Positions 1 through 9,897 of a stretch of 24,516 nt of DNA are shown piece by piece. Position 1 is the stretch's first letter. Each line of letters opens with the position of its first letter. The notes below the pieces were generated by a model. That model made no database searches. It saw only the letters and a list, made by a program, of their open reading frames with translations, and was not told where the DNA came from. The stretch spans positions 1-24,516 of the forward strand of contig JBBISH010000097.1 of the NCBI GenBank assembly GCA_037441385.1. The letters are read 5' to 3'. The stretch is from Myxococcales bacterium. Its GTDB lineage: Bacteria > Myxococcota_A > UBA9042. The translations under genes were made by a program, and so were the position numbers.

Positions 1-389
1 CCAAAGCCGCCGCCACCGCTGCGCTCGCCGCCGAAGCCACCACGGCCGCCGCCGCCGAAGCCACCGCGCCCACCGCCACCCCCACCGTAACCGCCACCGC
101 CGCTGCGCTCACCGCCGCCGCCGAAGCCGCCGCTGCGGGGCGGACGCTCCTGGGCTTCGCTGACCTTGACCGTGCGGCCGTCGATGGCCTTGCCATCCAT
201 CTGCGCCACGGCTTCTTTGGCCGCGTCGTCATCGGCCATCGTCACAAAGCCGAAACCGCGCGAGCGATTCGTTTCGCGATCCTTGATCACCTTCGCGTCC
301 GTCACCGCGCCAAACTGCTCAAAGGCAGCGCGCAGCGAGGCATCTTCCGTGTTCCAACTCAAACCGCCGACAAAAAGCTTCTTCCCCAT
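1..389 (-). CDS. RRM-domain RNA-binding protein with Gly-rich (GGF/RGG) C-terminal tail; partial, runs off the window start
   Basis: Manual translation from ATG at 389: MGKKLFVGGLSWNTEDASLRAAFEQFGAVTDAKVIKDRETNRSRGFGFVTM... RNP2 (LFVGGL) and RNP1 (RGFGFVTM) are present, followed by GGFGGGGERSGGGGYGGGGGGRGGFGG. GAGG SD upstream. Not in the ORF track. Confidence 0.93.
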   Translation of the reverse strand, partial: MGKKLFVGGLSWNTEDASLRAAFEQFGAVTDAKVIKDRETNRSRGFGFVTMADDDAAKEAVAQMDGKAIDGRTVKVSEAQERPPRSGGFGGGGERSGGGGYGGGGGGRGGFGGGGRGGFGGERSGGGGF

Positions 390-501
390 GTCCTCAATCT
401 CACTCATTTCCCAGGCTTGCGCGTGGCACCAGACGCCACGACCGCGTCGCCTGTCTGACTGCTTGACCCGCGTACAAAACGGCTTGTGCGAAGGCCAGCT
501 G

Positions 502-510
502 AGTATAGCA
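502..510 (-). promoter_or_regulatory. Extended -10 element (TGcTATACT) probably driving the RRM gene
   Basis: Plus-strand agtatagca is the reverse complement of TGCTATACT, about 110 nt upstream of the RRM start. No good -35. Confidence 0.45.
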
Positions 511-631
511 AGCCCCGAACGCCAAGGGAAGGCGGTATTTTGCGAATTCAGTGCGCCCACACGCGGTTTTTTGCCCTTGCGTCCCTGGGCAAGACCGGCT
601 CGGCTGCGGGCGCGATGACCGCGCGGTCGCG

Positions 632-1402
632 CTACTTGGGCGGCAGGCGGATGGCGCCATCCAGGCGGATGGTCTCGCCGTTCAGCATGCGGTTCGTGAT
701 GATGTGCTCGGCGAGCTGCGCGTACTCGTCGGGGTCGCCCAGGCGCGACGGGAACGGAACCTGCTTGGCGAGTTCGTTTTGCACCTGGTCGGGCAGCGAG
801 GCCAGCATGGGCGTCTTGAACAGGCCGGGCGCGATCGTGCAGACACGCATGCCGTAGCTGGCGAGATCGCGAGCGATCGGCAGGGTCATGCCCACGATGG
901 CGCCCTTGCTGGCCGAGTAGGCGGCCTGGCCGATCTGACCGTCGTACGCGGCCACGCTGGCGGTGTTGATGAAGACGCCGCGCTCGCCGTCCGGGCCGGG
1001 CTCGGTGTCGGCCAGGCGGGCGGCGATGAGGCGGATCACGTTGAACGAGCCGCCGACGTTGACCATCAAGGTCTTGCTGAACGAGGCGAAGTCGTGGGCG
1101 CCGGCCTTGCTGACCGTCTTGCGCGCGATGGCGATGCCGGCGCAGTTGATGCCGACGTTGACGTGGGTGCCAAACTGGACCTCGGCATCCTGAATGGCCT
1201 TGAGGACATCGGCCTCGGCGGTGACGTCGGTGGGGCAGAACAGGGCGTTCTTGCCGATCTCGGCGGCGACGCTGGCCCCGTGGCTGGCAGGCAGATCACA
1301 GATCACCACTCGGGCACCTTTGTTGGCCAAGCGCACGGCGGTGGCGCGACCCAGGCCCGAGGCCGATCCCGTAACGAGTGCAACGACTTTGCTCATCTCC
1401 AT
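632..1402 (-). CDS. SDR family 3-hydroxyacyl-CoA dehydrogenase type II (HSD17B10 / 2-methyl-3-hydroxybutyryl-CoA dehydrogenase-like)
   Basis: TGSASGLG Rossmann motif, [28 protein letters not shown] (YxxxK), [29 protein letters not shown]. Start trimmed to ATG 1402 (GAGG SD upstream). Confidence 0.93.
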   Translation of the reverse strand: MEMSKVVALVTGSASGLGRATAVRLANKGARVVICDLPASHGASVAAEIGKNALFCPTDVTAEADVLKAIQDAEVQFGTHVNVGINCAGIAIARKTVSKAGAHDFASFSKTLMVNVGGSFNVIRLIAARLADTEPGPDGERGVFINTASVAAYDGQIGQAAYSASKGAIVGMTLPIARDLASYGMRVCTIAPGLFKTPMLASLPDQVQNELAKQVPFPSRLGDPDEYAQLAEHIITNRMLNGETIRLDGAIRLPPK

Positions 1403-1654
1403 GGTGTACCTCGCTGTGCCCAGATGGACGTGAATGTTCCTGAGTGGTCTCGAACGTGCCGGAGTGGTCTTCAATCGGGCCAGAATTTGGCCTGGACCGT
1501 GGCCGCTGGGGCGTGATGCATGCCGCCGTGTCGGGTCGGCGCCGGGGTTTTCGCACCAATTGAGAATTCTGGCAATCGGTTGGGCCGCCCGCATGATGCG
1601 GCCGTGGCGCGCAACTCTGGAACCGTGGGCGCCTCCGTGCTAGAAGCCGGCCCC

Positions 1655-3262
<1,608 letters not shown>

Positions 3263-3277
3263 GGCAGGGGGATCGCG

Positions 3278-4048
3278 ATGATCGTTGTCCAGGTCAACCA
3301 TGGCGTCGGGCACATCCGTCTGGAGCGGGCCGAAAAGAAGAATGCCTTTGATGGCCAGATGTTGGCTGATATCCAATCGGCCGTTCACCGGCTGAGCGAC
3401 GATCCGACCTGCCGCGTGATCGTGCTGGAGTCGGCCGGCGAAACCTTCTGTGCCGGCGCGGATTTGGCGTGGATGGCCGATCAGGCCAAGGGGGGCCACG
3501 CGGCCAATGTGCAGGGTGCCAAGGATTTGGGGCACACCTTCCACGCGATCGCCAAGTCCAAGAAGCCGGTGATCGGTCGGATTCAAGGGGCGGCCCGCGG
3601 TGGCGGTGTGGGGCTGGCGGCGGCCGTGGACATCGCGGTCGCGTCCGAGCGGGCATCGTTCGCGCTGACTGAAGTGCGGCTGGGCCTCATTCCCGCGGTG
3701 ATTTCACCCTTTGTGGTCGAGCGGTTGGGGCCAAGTCGCGCGCGAGCGCTGTTCTTGACAGGCGAGGCCATCGACGCGGCCGAGGCCTGGCGGGTCGGAC
3801 TGGTCCACCACTGCGTCCCGCACGACCTGTTGGACGCAAAGGTCCAGCAAGTAGCAGATCTGCTTGCCCAAGGCGGTCCCGAGGCGCTGCTGGGCTGCAA
3901 GAATCTGGTCGATCTGGTGGCGTTCCAACCCGCCGAAGCGGTGTTTGAGCGGACGGCCCAGGCCATCGCCGAGCGGCGGGCGTCGGCCGAGGCGCAAGAG
4001 GGCATGGCGGCGTTCTTGCAGAAGCGCCCCGCCAACTGGATTCCGTGA
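3278..4048 (+). CDS. liuC: Enoyl-CoA hydratase/crotonase family, probable methylglutaconyl-CoA hydratase
   Basis: KKNAFD, FCAGADL, GGGVGL, EVRLGLIPAVISPFV, EAQEGMAAFLQKRPANW; lies between the MCC subunit genes. Confidence 0.88.
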   Translation: MIVVQVNHGVGHIRLERAEKKNAFDGQMLADIQSAVHRLSDDPTCRVIVLESAGETFCAGADLAWMADQAKGGHAANVQGAKDLGHTFHAIAKSKKPVIGRIQGAARGGGVGLAAAVDIAVASERASFALTEVRLGLIPAVISPFVVERLGPSRARALFLTGEAIDAAEAWRVGLVHHCVPHDLLDAKVQQVADLLAQGGPEALLGCKNLVDLVAFQPAEAVFERTAQAIAERRASAEAQEGMAAFLQKRPANWIP

Positions 4049-4054
4049 GGTAGC

Positions 4055-5578
4055 GTGAAGAAGGTCCTGATTGCCAACCGCGGCGAGATTGCCGTACGCA
4101 TTGCCCGGGGTTGCCGCGTGCTGGGGCTGCAGAGCGTGGCGGTATTCTCGGACGCCGATCGCCTGGCGCGGCACGTGCGGATTGCCGACGAGGCGGTGCG
4201 GGTCGGTCCGGCCGAGAGTGCCCAGTCCTACCTGAACATCCAGGCGATTTTGGACGCGGCGCGCCTGACCGGCGCGGATGCGGTTCATCCCGGATACGGA
4301 TTCCTTAGCGAAAACTGCGACTTTGCTGATGCGGTCGAGGCTGCGGGCCTGACATGGATTGGTCCGCCGGCCAAGGTCATCGAGCCGATCCAGAGCAAGA
4401 CCGCGGCCAAAGCGGTGGCCCAGGCTGCGGGCGTGCCCACGGCGCCGGCGGCGGTGGTCGACGATTTTGAGCCGGCCACCCTGCGGAAGTTGGCGCAGGA
4501 CATCGGCTTTCCCTTGCTGGTCAAACCACAGGACGGCGGCGGCGGCAAGGGCATGCAACGGGTGGACCGGGCCGAGGATTTGCTGCCGGCCCTGCAGACC
4601 GCGCGGCGCATCGCCTCGGCGGCTTTCAAGAGCGACAAACTCTTTGTGGAACGCTATGTAGAAAATGCCCGGCACGTGGAAGTTCAGGTCTTGGGCGACC
4701 GCCACGGGACGGTCGTGCACGCCTTTGAGCGCGATTGCTCGGTGCAGCGCCGCCACCAAAAGGTCATCGAAGAGTCGCCGTGCCCGGTGCTCAGCGCGAG
4801 CGAGCGCGCGGCGATCTGTGAGTCGGGGCGAGCGTTTGCGGCGCAGGTTGGCTATCAGGGCGCCGGAACGGTCGAATTCCTGTTCGATCCCGTGGCCCGC
4901 AAGCACTATTTCTTGGAAATGAACACGCGCCTGCAGGTGGAGCACCCGGTCAGCGAGGCCGTGGTGGGCCTGGATCTGGTCGTGGCCCAACTGCGCATGG
5001 CGCGAGGCGAAAAGCTGGCGGACATCGCCCGCGGCGGGCTGGAGCAGCGCGGTCACGCCTTGGAAGTCCGTATCTATGCAGAGGATCCGGCGGCGGGCTA
5101 TGTGCCGCAAGCGGGCACGTTGCTCCGAGCCACTTGGCCGGACGTGCCGTTTGTGCGCGTGGACGCAGGGTTCGAAAGCGGTGACAGCGTGCCGATGCAT
5201 TACGATCCCATGCTGGCCAAGATCATCGCCTGGGGCCGCGACCGCGACGAAGCGGCCGAGCGCATGAAGGCAGCGCTGCGCGAGACCACCGTACACGGTG
5301 TGGTGACCAATATCCCGATGTTGCTTGCGCTTTTGGACAACGTCGAATTTCGCGCCAGCGCGGTGCACACGGGTTGGCTGGATGCCACATGGGGCAGCGC
5401 GGCGCCGGGGCAGGGCGAACAGCTGGACGAATCCACCCTTGCGGTTCTTGCCTTGGCCGGCGTGGGCGGGCCGCTGGCTCAGCGGAGCGCCGGTGAAGGG
5501 GCGCAAGTGACCGCAAAGGTTCCCGATCCTTGGGATGGCCTGGCGGGTTTCCGCATGGGCAGCAAGGGGGCGGCATGA
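4055..5578 (+). CDS. liuD: Biotin carboxylase part of the MCC alpha subunit (no BCCP domain)
   Basis: IANRGEIA, HPGYGFLSEN, GGGGKGM, ERDCSVQRRHQK, EMNTRLQVEHPV, YAEDP, YDPMLAK; ends just after DPWDGLAGFR. GTG start with GAGG SD. Confidence 0.88.
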   Translation: MKKVLIANRGEIAVRIARGCRVLGLQSVAVFSDADRLARHVRIADEAVRVGPAESAQSYLNIQAILDAARLTGADAVHPGYGFLSENCDFADAVEAAGLTWIGPPAKVIEPIQSKTAAKAVAQAAGVPTAPAAVVDDFEPATLRKLAQDIGFPLLVKPQDGGGGKGMQRVDRAEDLLPALQTARRIASAAFKSDKLFVERYVENARHVEVQVLGDRHGTVVHAFERDCSVQRRHQKVIEESPCPVLSASERAAICESGRAFAAQVGYQGAGTVEFLFDPVARKHYFLEMNTRLQVEHPVSEAVVGLDLVVAQLRMARGEKLADIARGGLEQRGHALEVRIYAEDPAAGYVPQAGTLLRATWPDVPFVRVDAGFESGDSVPMHYDPMLAKIIAWGRDRDEAAERMKAALRETTVHGVVTNIPMLLALLDNVEFRASAVHTGWLDATWGSAAPGQGEQLDESTLAVLALAGVGGPLAQRSAGEGAQVTAKVPDPWDGLAGFRMGSKGAA

Positions 5579-6099
5579 AGCGGAACTACCAGTCGGCGGC
5601 CACGACGGCGGACGCGCCGGCCAGCCTGGAAGTCGCGGCCATGACAGCAGGCGACCTCTTGCAAGTAACCGTCAAACAAGGCGAAACTGAGCAGAAGCTG
5701 GCGGTGACCGCCGTCCAGGCGCCCAATGGCGACTGGTTGGTCGAGCAAGGCGGGATCGTGCGGCCCGTTCGCCTCAGCCGCGATCGCGACGTCACTTGGT
5801 TGTCGACCGCCCACCCTTCGGACAAGCTCAGTGGAACCACCCGCTGGCGTCGCGTCGAGGCTCTGCGCGCCCGCCACGGCCACGGCGAGGCCCAGGTCCG
5901 CTCGCCGATGACGGGGCGTGTGGTGCAAGTGGGCGTCGCGGCTGGCGACAGCGTCGTCAAGGGTCAGGTGCTGGTGGTGGTCGAGGCCATGAAGATGGAG
6001 CACGCCTTGAAGGCACCGGCAGACGCCAAGGTGGCCAAGGTATTGGTCAAAGTCGGCCAACAGGTCGACGGCGGTCAGGAACTGGTCGAGCTGGAGTAG
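5575..6099 (+). CDS. Biotin carboxyl carrier protein with N-terminal beta-rich domain (C-terminal part of the split MCC alpha)
   Basis: SPMTGRVV...GDSVVKGQVLVVVEAMKMEH biotinylation motif; ATGA overlap with the upstream stop at 5575-5578. Confidence 0.9.
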   Translation: MKRNYQSAATTADAPASLEVAAMTAGDLLQVTVKQGETEQKLAVTAVQAPNGDWLVEQGGIVRPVRLSRDRDVTWLSTAHPSDKLSGTTRWRRVEALRARHGHGEAQVRSPMTGRVVQVGVAAGDSVVKGQVLVVVEAMKMEHALKAPADAKVAKVLVKVGQQVDGGQELVELE

Positions 6100-6144
6100 C
6101 GTCCGCCGCCGCCAGCCCTATCCTGTACGAGTCGGCGAGGACCT

Positions 6145-7083
6145 ATGCAAACCAACCCAACCAACCCAACCCCGGAAGACCGTGTGCAGATCGTCGAGGT
6201 CGGTCCCCGCGACGGCCTGCAGAACGAGCGCGTGCGGATTGCCACTCAAAACAAGTCGCGGTTCATCCAGGCCCTGGCCGACGCCGGGCTGAGTCGCATC
6301 GAGGTGACCAGCTTTGTGCATCCCCGTGCCATTCCTCAGCTTTCGGACGCCGATGAGCTGATGACGATTCTGCCGCCGCGGCCCGGTGTTCGCTACAGCG
6401 CCCTCGTGCCCAATAGCCGCGGTCTCGAGCGGGCGATCGCCGCTGGTATCCGTGAAATTGCAGTATTTACCGCGGCTTCGGACACGTTCGTTCACCACAA
6501 CATCCACGCCAGCCTGGCCGAGTCCCTGCAGCATTTCGAGGCTATCGTCAAGGAAGCCAAGGACCTGGGCATCGGCGTGCGCGGCTACATCTCGACCGTC
6601 TTTGGCTGCCCGTACGAGGGCAAGATCACGGCGCAGCAGGGCCTGAGCGTGGCCCGCGCCCTCCTGTCCATGGGCTGTGACGAGATTTCGATCGGCGACA
6701 CCATCGGCGTGGCCACCCCAGGCCACGTGGCCCGCTGGCTGGACGCGGCCCGCGCGGCGGACATCCCCTTTGATCGCATGGCGTTGCATTTCCATGACAC
6801 CCGCGGCACCGCCCTGGCGAACGTTTTGGTGGGCCTGCAGCACGGCGTGCGCATCTTCGACTCCACTGCCGGCGGCCTGGGCGGTTGCCCCTATGCGCCC
6901 GGCGCCAGTGGCAATTTGGCAACCGAAGACCTGGTCTACGCGCTGCACGGGCTGGGTTTCCAGACCGGCGTCGACCTGGATCGACTCGTGGCCGCTTCGA
7001 GCCTGATTGCCAATCAATTGGACCACTTGCTGCCCAGTCGCTACTACCAAGCCGCGCGGGTCCAGCCTTGTCTGCCCAACTGA
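6145..7083 (+). CDS. liuE: Hydroxymethylglutaryl-CoA lyase
   Basis: EVGPRDGLQNE, TSFVHP, FGCPYEG, GDTIG, HFHDT, GGLGGCPYAPGASGNLATED; GAGG SD. Confidence 0.95.
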   Translation: MQTNPTNPTPEDRVQIVEVGPRDGLQNERVRIATQNKSRFIQALADAGLSRIEVTSFVHPRAIPQLSDADELMTILPPRPGVRYSALVPNSRGLERAIAAGIREIAVFTAASDTFVHHNIHASLAESLQHFEAIVKEAKDLGIGVRGYISTVFGCPYEGKITAQQGLSVARALLSMGCDEISIGDTIGVATPGHVARWLDAARAADIPFDRMALHFHDTRGTALANVLVGLQHGVRIFDSTAGGLGGCPYAPGASGNLATEDLVYALHGLGFQTGVDLDRLVAASSLIANQLDHLLPSRYYQAARVQPCLPN

Positions 7084-7140
7084 ACGCACCTTCGCAGCCC
7101 GCCGACCCCGCCGCACAGCCGCAACCTTCCAAGGAATTCC

Positions 7141-7854
7141 ATGGACAAGAAGTTCAAACTCTCCGTCGTCATGCCCTGCTACAACGAGAAGAAGACGATT
7201 CGCGACATCGTCGCGCAGGTGCTGGCTCAGCCCTACGACATCGAGCTGCTCATCGTAGACGATGGCTCCAAGGACGGGACCCGCGACATCCTAGAGGATT
7301 TGGCCAAGCAATACCCGCAGATCCGCGTGTTGCTCCAGCCGCAGAACCGTGGCAAGGGGGCGGCGCTGCGGCGCGGCTTTGCCGAAGCTACGGGCGACTA
7401 CGTGGTCATTCAAGACGCGGACCTCGAGTACGATCCCGGCGAATACGGCCACCTGCTGGCGCCCGTGTTGGCGGGCAAGGCCGACGTGGTCTACGGTTCG
7501 CGGTTCGCTGGCAATAGTCATCGGGTGCTGTATTTCTGGCATTCGGTCGGCAACCGCGCGCTCACCTTGGCCTCGAACATGGCCACCGACCTGAACCTGA
7601 CGGACATGGAGACCTGCTACAAGCTGTTCAAGCGCGAGGTCATCCAATCGCTGAATCTGCAAGAGGATCGCTTTGGCTTCGAGCCCGAAGTGACGGCCAA
7701 ACTGGCCGCGCGGCGCGACCTGCGCATCTACGAGGTGCCGATCTCGTACGACGGCCGTACCTACGCGGACGGCAAGAAGATTGGCCTGAAAGACGCCTTC
7801 CGCGCCGTCTACGTGATCAGCAAGTATGCGGCGATTACGCGGCTGCAGAAATAA
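7141..7854 (+). CDS. GT2 family glycosyltransferase (DPM/polyprenol-phosphate glycosyltransferase-like)
   Basis: [34 protein letters not shown] (DxD), VYGSRF, DMETCYK, FGFEPE, GKKI. Confidence 0.93.
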   Translation: MDKKFKLSVVMPCYNEKKTIRDIVAQVLAQPYDIELLIVDDGSKDGTRDILEDLAKQYPQIRVLLQPQNRGKGAALRRGFAEATGDYVVIQDADLEYDPGEYGHLLAPVLAGKADVVYGSRFAGNSHRVLYFWHSVGNRALTLASNMATDLNLTDMETCYKLFKREVIQSLNLQEDRFGFEPEVTAKLAARRDLRIYEVPISYDGRTYADGKKIGLKDAFRAVYVISKYAAITRLQK

Positions 7855-7914
7855 TACCAGTTCCGTCCGAATCGGGTCGAAAACACGGGCAATCTTTCGG
7901 GCCCGAACCGGGGT

Positions 7915-7980
7915 CCCCGCCTGATTCTCGCCAGTTGCAGAACGGGTCAGAAAAGCCGTACAGGCGCGAATCAGGTGGGG
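7915..7980. terminator. Long inverted repeat between convergent genes (possible bidirectional terminator or REP-like hairpin)
   Basis: ccccgcctgattc-t-cgcc (7915-7932) pairs with ggcg-c-gaatcaggtgggg (7963-7980): 18-bp stem with one mismatch and one G-U. No U-tract. Confidence 0.5.
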
Positions 7981-7991
7981 TGCGCATAAGG

Positions 7992-8828
7992 CTACTGCTT
8001 GAGCTTTTCCGCCTGTTCCACGCCAGCCGCACAGCGAAAGCCAAAGTGATGGAAGGGCTCGTTGTCGGGGTGGTGCGGTCGCCGCCACACGGCGGTGGCG
8101 TACTTGGCCGGCCAGTACCAACTGCCGCCGCGGACCAGTTTCTCGGGGTGGCCTGGGCACTTGTCGGCGCCGCCGCAGGGGCCCTTGGGGTCCACGCCGT
8201 CGCAATCCTTGCCGCACTTGACGTAGCTGGGGCTATACCAGTCGCTGACCCACTCCCAAGAATTGCCTGACATATCATAGAGTCCATACACGCCCGGAGC
8301 GCGAAGGCCCACTTCCATCACGCGGCCCTTTTCAGGTTGCGAGTGGAGCTTCTTGACGCCGCAGCTCCGGCCGCTTTCGTCCATGATGATGGCGCGTTTG
8401 CAGGTGACTGGGTCGTTGCCCCAGGGGAACAGCGCGCCGTCGGTGCCGCGGGCGGCCTTTTCCCACTCCGCCTCAGTCGGCAGGCGTTTGCCCTGGGCTT
8501 TGCAGTACGCGACCGCGTCGAACCAGTTGACGCCGGTGATGGCCTGCTTGGGCCGCGAGAAGTCGCTGTATTTCGGGCCTGCGTGCGGGCACTTGCCTTT
8601 TTTCTCACACGCTTTGTACTCGGCGACCGTGACCTCGTACAGGTCCATGAAGAACGTCTGAACCCAAATGGTTGCCTTGGGTTGCGCGTTCTTGGGCTCG
8701 CCGTCCGTGCCACGGATGAACGGGCCACCCGGCACACAGGCCATGCGGGCCGGCACTCGCGCGCAGGGCTGGGCGGCCGGGACGCTGGCGGCGGCGGTGG
8801 CGGCCAAGGCCAAGACCAAAAAACTCAT
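7992..8828 (-). CDS. Exported formylglycine-generating-enzyme (FGE/SUMF1/PvdO) family domain protein
   Basis: Signal peptide; VPGGPFIRG, MDLYEVT, VNWFDAVAYC, RLPTEAEWEKAARG, FPWG, GLYDMSGNSWEWVSD, RGGSW, FGFRCA. Confidence 0.9.
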   Translation of the reverse strand: MSFLVLALAATAAASVPAAQPCARVPARMACVPGGPFIRGTDGEPKNAQPKATIWVQTFFMDLYEVTVAEYKACEKKGKCPHAGPKYSDFSRPKQAITGVNWFDAVAYCKAQGKRLPTEAEWEKAARGTDGALFPWGNDPVTCKRAIIMDESGRSCGVKKLHSQPEKGRVMEVGLRAPGVYGLYDMSGNSWEWVSDWYSPSYVKCGKDCDGVDPKGPCGGADKCPGHPEKLVRGGSWYWPAKYATAVWRRPHHPDNEPFHHFGFRCAAGVEQAEKLKQ

Positions 8829-8829
8829 G

Positions 8830-9837
8830 CTATTTCTTGCCCTTTGCCGGCGGCGGGCCGCCCAAGCTGAACAGTCCCTGCGGTCCCATTGGCTTGCGCA
8901 CCCAGCAAATGGGCTTGGCGCTGCCTACGCTTTTGCGCTCGAGCCATGCCGCAAAGTCGCGCCCTTTCTGAACGTAGTAGGTGTAGTGGCCGTCGGCGAT
9001 TTCTTCCAGCTTCGCGGGCCGCCCCTGGGTGCGCAGCAGCACCGACTTCTCCGCATACGGCAGATCATGAAGATTCTTACGGGCTTGCGGCGTGTAGTTG
9101 AAATAGGCCTCGGCGTTGGTGATGTAGAACACCATCACCTCCAGCTTCTGCGACTTCAGTGCTTGGGCCAGACCGCTCATCGTGTTCTGGGCCGTCAAGT
9201 CGCCACGCCACGCCCAGATCCGCCCCGTCTGCGCAAGTTTGCGGACATGGTCGTATTGGTCGGGCTCGGACAGCAGGCTGGGAACCTTCTCTGCCTTGTA
9301 TTTCTTCTTGGTCGTCAACCACTTGTCGTAGATCTGGCTGCGGCCCAGCTTGTACGCGGCCACCCAGCGCTTCTTGGTGGCGCTGTCGGGGGCTTCCTTC
9401 TCGATCAGCGCCAGGCTGGCGGGCATCTGCTTGGGCGACCAAAAGGCTACAAAATCATCGGCCGTTGCCGCATTGCGCAGGTCCACGCCATAGACGCCGT
9501 GCAGGTCGGCCACCACCTGGTCAAAATCGACCAGCAGGACCAGCTCCGCCTTCATCCACCCGGCAAAAAGGTAGTTGGGATCGGTACCTACGCCCAGCAG
9601 TACGCCGCCAAGGCCCTGGACGGACTCGCGGTACATGTGGTGTGCACGCTCGTCCGAAATCACAAAATGTGCGTTGGCCGCTAGCTCTTTGGGCGGCGGA
9701 TCGTGCTGTACTTTGCCCAGATCAGCCTTCAAAGCATCTGGAATAGAAGTCAAATCGGCTGCAATTGCCAGGGAAGGCAGCAGCACCACCAGCCACAGGG
9801 CGCGCAGCAGCGCACGGGTTCCCCAGGTTCGTTGCAT
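8830..9837 (-). CDS. Exported hypothetical protein with a Rossmann/methyltransferase-like motif
   Basis: Long ORF with native codon usage; signal peptide (..LWLVVLLPSLAIAA); GGVLLGVGTDPNY...LVLLVDFD and YITNAEAY. Start is ATG 9837 or 9876. Confidence 0.75.
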   Translation of the reverse strand: MQRTWGTRALLRALWLVVLLPSLAIAADLTSIPDALKADLGKVQHDPPPKELAANAHFVISDERAHHMYRESVQGLGGVLLGVGTDPNYLFAGWMKAELVLLVDFDQVVADLHGVYGVDLRNAATADDFVAFWSPKQMPASLALIEKEAPDSATKKRWVAAYKLGRSQIYDKWLTTKKKYKAEKVPSLLSEPDQYDHVRKLAQTGRIWAWRGDLTAQNTMSGLAQALKSQKLEVMVFYITNAEAYFNYTPQARKNLHDLPYAEKSVLLRTQGRPAKLEEIADGHYTYYVQKGRDFAAWLERKSVGSAKPICWVRKPMGPQGLFSLGGPPPAKGKK

Positions 9838-9897
9838 GGCAGATTCCAGCCCGTCGTTGCGGGGCGCGCGGAGCATAAACGGCAGCCGCCGCCTTGG

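Noticed and set aside
7992..8140. Diversity-generating retroelement target (FGE/C-type-lectin C-terminus)
   Set aside because: No reverse transcriptase and no second near-identical template repeat seen in the window.
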